NCBI GenBank assembly: GCA_002435785.1
Contig: DIUC01000023.1
Span: 63,184-127,183, forward strand
Length of the DNA: 64,000 bases
From: Saprospiraceae bacterium UBA6168
GTDB lineage: Bacteria; Bacteroidota; Bacteroidia; Chitinophagales; Saprospiraceae
Direction: 5' to 3'
Shown here: piece after piece, positions 46,830 to 54,382 of the stretch
Position numbering within the stretch: the stretch's first letter is position 1
Layout: every line of letters begins with the position of its first letter
Notes under the pieces: generated by a model
The model's database searches: none
Told to the model about the DNA's origin: nothing
What the model saw: only the letters and a program-made list of their open reading frames with translations
Position numbers and translations under genes: made by a program

Positions 46830-48818
46830 TTATTGCACCGGTTTCTCATCCCCCAGCCACCACCTGAGCGCAGTGGCCGAGCCAGCAGGTGAAACCCTGA
46901 TATAACCCTGCATTTCTTGGTGAAGCGCAGAGCAAAAGTCTGTGCAATACATCGGGATAACCCCCACTGACTTGGGTTCCCAAAGCAGCGTTTCCGTCTG
47001 GCCGGGCATGATGAGCAGCTCGGCGTTGTTAGCACCCATCACGGCGAATCCATGCGGCACGTCGAAGTCCTGTTCGAGGTTGGTCACGTGGAAATAAACC
47101 TTGTCGCCCACCCTGATTCCTTCGATATTATCAGGCATAAAGTGGCTACGGATGGTGGTCATATAGACGCGTACCACGTTGCCCTCTCGCACCACTTTGG
47201 CGTCTTTTTCGGTCGGCGTCACGTAGGGGTGCTTGTTCTCGCTGAGCTTAAAGAACTGCTTGGACTTAGGTTTAATCTTGCTCGCCGAAATACCCTGCGC
47301 ATAGTGCGGCTCACCGATGGTCGGGAAGTCGAGCAGCAGCTCCATTTTGTCACCATCTATAGAATAAAGCTGTGCGCTTTGGGTCAACTCTGGCCCTGTT
47401 GGCAGATAGCGGTCCTTGGTGATTTTGTTCAAGGCCACGACGTATTTGCCCTCTGGTTTCATCGAGTTGCCGCCCGGCACCATCAGGTGGCCGATGGAGT
47501 AGTAAGTTGGTTGGCGGTCAATGACCTCCCAAGTGCCCACTTTCCACTTCACGATTTCAGAGGAAATAAAGAAACTCGTATAAGCATTGCCCTTGCCGTC
47601 AAACTCGGTGTGGAGCGGCCCAAGGCCAGGCTCTTTAACCGTGCCACCCAGCACCGACTCAAACTTTAGGATAGGCACACCACCTACCTCGCCGTCAAAA
47701 GCTTTGTCCTCGATTGCTTTCAGCATTTTTGGAAATGAATGCGCCGTGATGTCGGCGGAAAGCTTGCCGGAGCAAACGATGTACTCGCCCGTTGGGTCAA
47801 CGTCTACGCCGTGCGGCGATTTGGGCGTTGGGAGCAAATACACGAGGCCTGGGCACTCGCTCGGAATCAGCACCTTCACGGATTTCATAGCGGTGGAAGT
47901 AGCCATGTGGGTCTCGTCGCTATAGACGTTGTGCATGTAGTTGGCGGGGAAATCCTTGGCCTTGCCCGCTTTCAGGTACTCCTCGGCCTTTTTCCAATTG
48001 ACGGCGGCCACGAAGTCCTTGTCGTTTTGTGAAGCATTCACCTCCAGCAGCGAGTTTTTCATCTCGGAGTTGTAGCTGGTGAAGAAGGTCCAGCCGTGTG
48101 ATGGGCCTTTGCCGCTGCTTGCAAGGTCGAAGTTGAGGGCGGGCATGAGCACTTGGAACTCGATGTTCATGCGGCCAGTATTTGGCTCCACTTTTACGAA
48201 GGAAAGCGCCCCCTTGAAGTTCTCGGCATAGCTTGAAATCGCCACGTCCTTCTGTGGAATGGGTACGCTAAAACGGGTGCCAGCCACCACGTACTCCGTG
48301 TTTTGTGTCAAATAGGGGGAGGAGTGGTTGCCACCAGAATTCGGGATTTCGAGGATTTCCGCCGTCTCAAAAGTGGTCAGGTCAATACGGGCGAGCCTCG
48401 GCGTGTTGTTGCCGTTGATGAAGATCCAGCGACCGTCCGTCTCGCCGTTGGTCTGCGAGAGGGCAGGGTGGTGGGCATCGTCCCAAGGGATGAAGCCATG
48501 CGAGGTGTTCAACAATGGCTTGGTTTCCTCGTTGAAGCCATAGCCTTTTTCTGGGTCAACGGAGAATACTGGTATGACTTTCAACAACCGTCCAGATGGT
48601 AGGCCATAGGCAGCAATCTGTCCGCTAAAACCGCCGGACATAAATGCGTAAAATTCGTCGTATTGGCCGGGGGCCACATAGACTTTGGAGGCGGCGTTGC
48701 CGCTAAGTGCGCCGGATGCCGACCCTTGGTTGGCTTTGCCGCAGCTCGACAGTAGGAGCACAAGTGCTGCCAAACTGCCAAGTAATAATTTGGAAAGCTG
48801 GTTTGATTGATTTTTCAT
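46830..48818 (-). CDS. nosZ: Nitrous-oxide reductase, Sec-dependent (clade II type)
   Basis: 662 aa. N-terminus MKNQSNQLSKLLLGSLAALVLLLSSC has no twin-arginine. Beta-propeller body. CuA site CTDFCSALHQEM. Confidence 0.95.
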   Translation of the reverse strand: MKNQSNQLSKLLLGSLAALVLLLSSCGKANQGSASGALSGNAASKVYVAPGQYDEFYAFMSGGFSGQIAAYGLPSGRLLKVIPVFSVDPEKGYGFNEETKPLLNTSHGFIPWDDAHHPALSQTNGETDGRWIFINGNNTPRLARIDLTTFETAEILEIPNSGGNHSSPYLTQNTEYVVAGTRFSVPIPQKDVAISSYAENFKGALSFVKVEPNTGRMNIEFQVLMPALNFDLASSGKGPSHGWTFFTSYNSEMKNSLLEVNASQNDKDFVAAVNWKKAEEYLKAGKAKDFPANYMHNVYSDETHMATSTAMKSVKVLIPSECPGLVYLLPTPKSPHGVDVDPTGEYIVCSGKLSADITAHSFPKMLKAIEDKAFDGEVGGVPILKFESVLGGTVKEPGLGPLHTEFDGKGNAYTSFFISSEIVKWKVGTWEVIDRQPTYYSIGHLMVPGGNSMKPEGKYVVALNKITKDRYLPTGPELTQSAQLYSIDGDKMELLLDFPTIGEPHYAQGISASKIKPKSKQFFKLSENKHPYVTPTEKDAKVVREGNVVRVYMTTIRSHFMPDNIEGIRVGDKVYFHVTNLEQDFDVPHGFAVMGANNAELLIMPGQTETLLWEPKSVGVIPMYCTDFCSALHQEMQGYIRVSPAGSATALRWWLGDEKPVQ

Positions 48819-48843
48819 ATCGGATAGAATTGTGAATTAAAAT

Positions 48844-48889
48844 TTGAAAATGGAGAATGAGTGTAGCACGAGTAATTCTCCATTTTCAA
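48844..48889. repeat. Perfect 15-bp-stem hairpin at the cyt c / nosZ junction
   Basis: ttgaaaatggagaat / attctccattttcaa. The flanking caattct caattaa heptamers resemble the tract at 27981-28008. Confidence 0.8.
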
Positions 48890-48900
48890 TTCTCAATTAA

Positions 48901-49374
48901 TTAAAGCGTCCTAAAATACTCCAGCACTTGCCGAGCCTCGTCCTGGGTGAGGTTTTGGTTGGCCATTGGTGAGCCGTTGAATTCCATGAGCAGTTTCTTT
49001 GCGATGGGATCTTCCTTCACCATTTGTTCCGGGTTCAGTATCATGTTCATTACCCACTCTGGCGAACGGCGGTCAAGGATGCCCTTGGGGGCTGGCCCGA
49101 TGAACTTCTCGGTGGGTTTGTGGCAGGCCATGCACATTTTTTCATAAACGACCTTACCCTTGTCGGCCATTGCTTGGTCAACTGCTGCCGACATTTCAAC
49201 AGATGTAACTGGCCCGATGCCCTTGTTGGTCAAGGGGTCTGCCTCTTCAGCCAGCATGGATTTTGGTTTTGGTCCATCGGTTGCAGTGGTTTCGGGCGTG
49301 TCAGAAGAGCAGCCCGCCCATGCAAATAGGAGCAACAACGCAAGGAGTTTTAGCACTGAATTTTTCATAATCAA
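48901..49374 (-). CDS. Monohaem c-type cytochrome lipoprotein (first gene of the nos cluster)
   Basis: LLLFAWAGC lipobox. Haem motif CMACH. Downstream Met-rich MNMILNPEQM. Confidence 0.8.
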   Translation of the reverse strand: MIMKNSVLKLLALLLLFAWAGCSSDTPETTATDGPKPKSMLAEEADPLTNKGIGPVTSVEMSAAVDQAMADKGKVVYEKMCMACHKPTEKFIGPAPKGILDRRSPEWVMNMILNPEQMVKEDPIAKKLLMEFNGSPMANQNLTQDEARQVLEYFRTL

Positions 49375-49495
49375 CCAATTTTGAATTATTTGCTTTGATG
49401 TAAGTAGTGAATTTCAGATGTTTTTATCCTTTATTCAATGCTGCAAAGTTTGCCCGCTCCTTTGGCTTTGCTGATGACCATTGTCAATGCAATAG

Positions 49496-49509
49496 CTGAT
49501 ATTTATCAG
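49496..49509. promoter_or_regulatory. Candidate Crp/Fnr-family box CTGAT-N4-ATCAG
   Basis: ctgatatttatcag matches 8/10 positions of TTGAT-N4-ATCAA. Lies in the divergent nos / Rrf2 intergenic region, ~125 nt upstream of the cyt c start. Confidence 0.35.
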
Positions 49510-49618
49510 TGCGATAAAAAAGATGGTTTTATCTTTTTTTTTGTGAATTTTGCGCCATCTTTTGTGGGACGTTGAATGTTTTCCCAAAGCCATGCTTAAT
49601 CTAATCAGTGGTGAGAAT

Positions 49619-50038
49619 ATGTTTACAAAGAGTTGTCAATACGCCATCAGGGCCGTTATTTTTTTGGCTGAAAACCAAGCCAGCGACAAAAACACAGGCG
49701 TTAAGGAAATAGCCGATGCGCTCCACGTGCCCCAGCAGTTCCTTGCCAAGATTTTGCAGCAGCTCTCCCGCCACAACCTCATCAGCAGTGTGAAAGGCCC
49801 CAACGGTGGATTTTACCTCGGCGAGGACAATGCGGAAGTAACCCTGCTTGATATTGTGGAGTGCATGGATGGGAAGAGCACATTGAGCACGTGTATCCTC
49901 GGTTTGCCAAATTGTACGAACGAACATCCTTGCCCGCTGCACCATCATTTTTATGGTAGCCGGGAGGGGTTGAAGGCTACGCTTTCCTCCTGCGTGGTGG
50001 GGGCGTTGGTCAATGGCCAGGTGTTGAGCGCAAAATAA
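49619..50038 (+). CDS. Rrf2-family transcriptional regulator (NsrR/IscR-like, three Cys)
   Basis: Start at 49619 (MFTKSCQYAIRAVIFLA). wHTH VKEIADALHVPQQFLAKILQQLSRHNLISSVKGPNGGF. Cys cluster CILGLPNCTNEHPCP. Confidence 0.85.
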   Translation: MFTKSCQYAIRAVIFLAENQASDKNTGVKEIADALHVPQQFLAKILQQLSRHNLISSVKGPNGGFYLGEDNAEVTLLDIVECMDGKSTLSTCILGLPNCTNEHPCPLHHHFYGSREGLKATLSSCVVGALVNGQVLSAK

Positions 50039-50054
50039 AAACGTCGGTAGGATT
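49931..50054 (+). repeat. Direct repeat copy 1 (3' end of the Rrf2 gene plus the left half of a terminator)
   Basis: Near-identical to 50654-50776 over ~124 nt. Ends at ...aaaacgtcggtaggatt. Confidence 0.85.
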
Positions 50055-50653
50055 TGATTTGAATTCCGTATCGTATCCGATTCCCCCAACCACCCACCAC
50101 CGCAAAGGACCCACAACCCCATCAAATAGAACGCAACCTCGTCCAAAAAGAAGTTCATCGCCAGACCAACCTCCTACATCTCGCCAGAAAAAACGTGCCC
50201 AACCCGCCAAAAAGAACCACCATTCGTGAAAAAGAACGACCATTCGTGTCGAAAGACGTTATGGTCGTGCAAAAAGATGTTAGGGTGGTCACGGACGAAT
50301 GTGGGTCCATAATAAAGGAATGGCCATCGCCTGAACGAGGATGCGCATCCCCTTTCAAAGCGGCTGGCCATCGGTGCCAAAAGCCGACGCATCCTTCAAA
50401 TTGACCTACACATCCTCCTCCACCGATGGCACATCCCTTGCCACGATGTGTAGGTCGTTTTTTTCGATGTGTAGGAGATTTTTTACCATGTGTAGGTCGT
50501 TTTTTATGACCATAACGTCTTTTGGCACGGTTGGTCGTCCTTTTTTGCAAAAAGATGGTTTTTGGACTTCCCGCAGCCGTTAAGTGACCAAAAAACGTTG
50601 TTTTGCCAAATAAAAAAAAACAGCATTCAACCCGTAGTGCCAAGTGCCCCCAC
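50055..50653. mobile_element. ~600-bp non-coding insert bounded by the duplicated Rrf2 3' end, containing opposed arrays of 20-21-nt A-tract repeats (candidate non-autonomous element)
   Basis: Tandem 20-mers aaaaagaac[c/g]accattcgtg at 50209 and 50229. atgtgtagg at 50446, 50467 and 50488 (21-nt spacing). Perfect 15-nt inverted repeat aaagacgttatggtc 50252-50266 / 50508-50522. Confidence 0.4.
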
Positions 50654-50776
50654 TGCCCGCTACACCATCATTTTTATGGCAGCCGGGAAGGGTTGAAGGC
50701 TACGCTTTCCTCCTGCGTGGTGGGGGCGTTGGTCAACGGCAAGGTTTGAGCGAAAAATAAAAACGTCGGCAGGATT
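50654..50776 (+). pseudogene. Direct repeat copy 2: orphaned 3' end of the Rrf2 gene with the intact terminator
   Basis: Reads in frame CPLHHHFYGSREGLKATLSSCVVGALVNGKV-stop and runs into the complete hairpin 50762-50795. Confidence 0.7.
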
Positions 50777-50795
50777 CATGAATCCTGCCGACGTT
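50762..50795. terminator. Bidirectional rho-independent terminator
   Basis: aacgtcggcaggatt catg aatcctgccgacgtt (15-bp arms). T-runs on the minus-strand side serve the HMA gene. Confidence 0.75.
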
Positions 50796-50844
50796 CGGTC
50801 CTATTTTCTCAAATTACTGGCGTGAATCTTCGATTACCAATTTC

Positions 50845-51189
50845 CTAATTTTTTGCATCAGGGCGCTCGTACTTGCAGCAACCATGCAGGTTTTCATAAA
50901 CCTTATCATCTGCTTTCACGAGGTCGGTGTCATGGCCCACGCCTGCGGCGTGGCGGTGCAATTGGTCAAGCGTAACTACTTCTGGATTGAATTTGACGGT
51001 CGCCATCTTAGTCTCGATGTCCCAGTAGGCGTACTTCACGCCCTTCACCATTAGCGCCTTTTCAATGCGCTCCTTGCACATGGTGCAGTTGCCATAGACT
51101 TTGAATTTTTCGGTGATATTGCCTGCATCCGCTTTGAATGAAAGCGAAATGGCTGCGATGGAAAGAATGGAAAAGAGGATAGCTTTCAT
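50845..51189 (-). CDS. Heavy-metal-associated (HMA) domain protein, secreted
   Basis: Start at 51189 (MKAILFSILSIAAISLSF). KFKVYGNCTMCKERIEKAL metal-binding loop. C-terminal HGCCKYER. Confidence 0.65.
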   Translation of the reverse strand: MKAILFSILSIAAISLSFKADAGNITEKFKVYGNCTMCKERIEKALMVKGVKYAYWDIETKMATVKFNPEVVTLDQLHRHAAGVGHDTDLVKADDKVYENLHGCCKYERPDAKN

Positions 51190-51277
51190 ATTGAAAAGAT
51201 TGTTTAAAGTAAAAAGGCCAGTTAGGCCCATTTGTTCGCCAAGCCCCTGTTAATGTGCTGTGAAAAATCCCTCGTCC

Positions 51278-52723
51278 CTAAAAAATCCAAAGCACGATAG
51301 TCTCCGCAAAAAGCGCAATAACCAGGATAGACAAAATATCCAACCAAAAACCAGATTTCACCATGTCGGCCACCTTCAAGTGGCCGCTGCCAAACACAAT
51401 GGCATTGGGCGGCGTGGCCATTGGCAGCATGAAGCCACAGCTTGCCGCCAAGGTCATCGGCACGGCGAGGAGCATCGGTTCGATGCCTACCGCTTGAGCA
51501 ATGCCACTTACCACTGGCAGGAACACCACCACCAGCGCCACGTTTGACATCGCCTCGGATAGCAGCACCGTGGCCGCCGTGAGCGCTAGCACGAACAGCA
51601 CCCTGTTGATTTGGTTGCCGTGAAACAGGCCGCCAATCAAGTCAATCAGGCCCGTCTTGTACAGGGCATCAGCGAGGGCGAGGCCGCCACCAAAGAGCAG
51701 CAGTATGCCCCAAGGTAGTTTGGAGGTGCTGCCCCAATCGAGCAGGAAGCGGCCATTTTTGAAGTCAACGGGTATGAGGAAAAGGGCAATGGCGGCTGCT
51801 ATGGCCACCATCTCGTCGGTCAGTTTTAGTCCCGGGATCGCCTTATTGATGAACCCGCTCGAAATCCAGAGTGCGACCGTGGCCATGAAGAGCCAGAAGA
51901 CTCTTTTTTCGGCTTTGCTGGGTTTGCCGAGCGCCTTCAGTTCCCCGTCAATCAACTCCTTTGCCCCCTCAAATTTGCCCAGCCGATTGGGGAATATGAT
52001 TTTCACATTGACAATATAGGTCAGTATAACCAGCAAGACCATGAGCGGCACGCCCACCAGCATCCATTGGAAAAAGTTGACTTCAAAGCCGTTTTTCAGC
52101 ATGTACGCTTTGAAGACTACATTGGGCGGGGTGCCTATGAGCGTGGCCATGCCGCCCAAGCTGGCCGCATAAGCAATGCCCAGCATGATGGTTTTGGAGA
52201 AATTGGCCATGCCAATCGCCTTATCGGGATTATCGGCTGCAATGCGACTTTCTGTCAGCAATGCAATCACCGACAGGGCAATGGGCAACATCATAATAGT
52301 AGTGGCCGTGTTGCTAATCCACATGCTCATCACGGCAGTCGCTATCATAAAACCCAGCACGATGCCGTTGGCATTGGTTCCCGTCAGGCTCACAATGGTC
52401 AGGGCAATTCGGCGGTGCAGGTTCCATTTTTCCATGGCCAATGCCAGCATGAACCCACCGAGGAACAGGAAAACTATCGGGTCGCCGTAAAACGGGGCCA
52501 CCTCCTTTGGCTGGCTGACCCCAAAAAGCGGCAAGACCACCAGCGGTACCAGCGAGGTCACGGGAAGCGGCACCGCCTCCGTCACCCACCAGCCAAGCAT
52601 GAGGGTGGCCATGCCCAGAACTTGCCATGCGTCTGCTTTCAAACCGAACTGAGGAGGCATTGCCAACATCAACAGGAACAGGGCAGGGGAAAGGAAGAGG
52701 CCGATTTTTTTTGAAAAATCCAT
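51278..52723 (-). CDS. DASS/SLC13-family anion:sodium symporter
   Basis: Start at 52723 (MDFSKKIGLF). WWVTEAVPLPVTSLVPLV and GFMLPMATPPNAIVF hairpin-loop motifs. Confidence 0.8.
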   Translation of the reverse strand: MDFSKKIGLFLSPALFLLMLAMPPQFGLKADAWQVLGMATLMLGWWVTEAVPLPVTSLVPLVVLPLFGVSQPKEVAPFYGDPIVFLFLGGFMLALAMEKWNLHRRIALTIVSLTGTNANGIVLGFMIATAVMSMWISNTATTIMMLPIALSVIALLTESRIAADNPDKAIGMANFSKTIMLGIAYAASLGGMATLIGTPPNVVFKAYMLKNGFEVNFFQWMLVGVPLMVLLVILTYIVNVKIIFPNRLGKFEGAKELIDGELKALGKPSKAEKRVFWLFMATVALWISSGFINKAIPGLKLTDEMVAIAAAIALFLIPVDFKNGRFLLDWGSTSKLPWGILLLFGGGLALADALYKTGLIDLIGGLFHGNQINRVLFVLALTAATVLLSEAMSNVALVVVFLPVVSGIAQAVGIEPMLLAVPMTLAASCGFMLPMATPPNAIVFGSGHLKVADMVKSGFWLDILSILVIALFAETIVLWIF

Positions 52724-52751
52724 GAAACTTGTGTTCGGTGTTTCGCAAAGA

Positions 52752-52788
52752 AAAAAACTTTCCGCAACCAAGTCACGGAAAGTTTTTT
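52752..52788. terminator. Bidirectional rho-independent terminator
   Basis: aaaaaactttccg / cggaaagtttttt (13-bp arms with A/T runs on both sides), between the PAP2-like gene and the DASS gene. Confidence 0.7.
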
Positions 52789-52823
52789 TTCTGAAAAAGA
52801 CGAAAGGAAGTGACAGTGATTTA

Positions 52824-54167
52824 CTACTTCAACATTTTTATTTTGGTTGTCACCAATTCTCCCACTTTCAGGCCCTGTTCTACCCCTACTTTGCAGGCGG
52901 CGGAATAGTGGATGCCACCATATAGTCGGCTCATGGCTGCCTCGTCGGCTGCATGTCTGAACGATTTGAAGTCCCGAACTGGCAACCCATAGGCAACCTC
53001 CGTGGAATCGGTGAATGCGAAATTGTCACCGAAAACGGAGGTGAGGGCTGTTTGAGCGGAGGCGGAAATCACACTGTGCCCGCTGGTGTATTCAGGGAAT
53101 GGTGGTGTTTGTAGAAGCGGCGTCCAGTCAGGGTCAATATATGCCTGTATGACCGTTTCGGGGCGGACTACTTCGCTGCGGTATTTCTCGTCCCAACAGG
53201 AAATGAACCCGTCAATAAGGGCGATGGAACATAGCGTGTACGCTTGTGCGGACTTCATGAGGTCGGCTTTTGCTTTCTTGCAGGCCGTTTTTGTGATGCC
53301 TACCCAGTGACCACCTGGCGTTATTTTTTTTGTTGCAAACATGACGTGCCCTTTGTGGTGCGACACATAAGGGTTGCAATCCCAAAATTGAGCGATGGAA
53401 ACCCGCTCATTCTTTTCTGCATCCGGAGTTTTCAGGGCTTCGTAAACCTCCATGGCGTCCTTGTAGAACTGGCTTTTTTTGTCGGTCATGTTGAACGGCG
53501 TTGGTGGCACCGGCTTGAACTGCTGTGCAGAATCAAGCACGAATGGGCGGATTTTGTTCCAGTGCGGCTCAATGGCGTCCATGTAATCTGGCGGGGTCGG
53601 CTTCCAGCGGCGAGGCTCATCGTTGATGGTGTACTTGGGGAAGGTACGGGTCTGCTTGTAGTTGTCCTTGTCTGCCCATGCCAGAATATGTGCTGCTACT
53701 GCCTCGCCGTAGGCAAGCGAGCGCTTGTACACGTCTTCGGGCATGTTGATTTTTTTGTAATCGGCCAACATGTTGGCCTCGTAGGCGTCTATTTTTTCCT
53801 CTGAAAAAATCAGTTTTTTGCCAACAACGACCATCGCTTTTGCGCCAGCAAGTGAATAGCAGTATTCTTTTCCAGCCTCGGGTTGAGGGGTGGGTTCTAG
53901 CCCAGTGAGCTGTCCGGCGAGGGACTGGTAGCTGGGATTGCCCGGCACCATCGCTTCATAAGCGGCAATGCTGGAGTAGGAGTAAATTCGGCTCGCAACG
54001 GGAGGGGAGAAAATATCATGGACGATGACATCCGTGATGGTTTGCATGGTATTGTGCAGGAAATCGGCGTTTTCGGTTTCGGTTTTCCAATCGGGGTTCA
54101 CAGACTTGCAACCAAAGAAACTGATGCCCGAAAGCAGCACCAATGCGAAGAACAAATTTTTCATCAT
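52824..54167 (-). CDS. PAP2-superfamily / vanadium-haloperoxidase-like protein, lipoprotein
   Basis: LLSGISFFGC lipobox. C-terminal RPET...PEYTSGHSVISA...SRLYGGIHY acid-phosphatase/haloperoxidase motifs. Candidate -7 box TAGTTTTG (minus strand) at 54248-54255. Confidence 0.75.
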   Translation of the reverse strand: MMKNLFFALVLLSGISFFGCKSVNPDWKTETENADFLHNTMQTITDVIVHDIFSPPVASRIYSYSSIAAYEAMVPGNPSYQSLAGQLTGLEPTPQPEAGKEYCYSLAGAKAMVVVGKKLIFSEEKIDAYEANMLADYKKINMPEDVYKRSLAYGEAVAAHILAWADKDNYKQTRTFPKYTINDEPRRWKPTPPDYMDAIEPHWNKIRPFVLDSAQQFKPVPPTPFNMTDKKSQFYKDAMEVYEALKTPDAEKNERVSIAQFWDCNPYVSHHKGHVMFATKKITPGGHWVGITKTACKKAKADLMKSAQAYTLCSIALIDGFISCWDEKYRSEVVRPETVIQAYIDPDWTPLLQTPPFPEYTSGHSVISASAQTALTSVFGDNFAFTDSTEVAYGLPVRDFKSFRHAADEAAMSRLYGGIHYSAACKVGVEQGLKVGELVTTKIKMLK

Positions 54168-54382
54168 TAGATTGTTAAGTGAAATGTCTTGTCAGATTAG
54201 TCCAGGTGTTCGTCAACAGGTAGGTTTTCGTTTGAAAAAATTCGGTGCAAAACTAAGAAAAACTCAACGGGAAGGTTCTCCAACTGTTTCAATTTAAACT
54301 TAGAAACTCCTTAAAAAGCCAACGGGCCACACCTTGAAGGTGCGGCCCGCTGCGCATGGTTAATTGGAAAAAAAAGCAGTTT

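Noticed and set aside
46830-48818. Twin-arginine (Tat) signal on NosZ, which would make it clade I
   Set aside because: The N-terminus MKNQSNQLSKLLLGSLAALVLLLSSC has no RR motif, and the cluster lacks nosR/nosX-type genes. This is consistent with Sec-dependent clade II.
50155-50643. 162-aa minus-strand ORF with KKRPTH-type repeats
   Set aside because: The peptide repeats mirror the 21-nt DNA repeats (atgtgtaggtcgttttt). The highly basic low-complexity product has no start context, so I read the region as non-coding element DNA.
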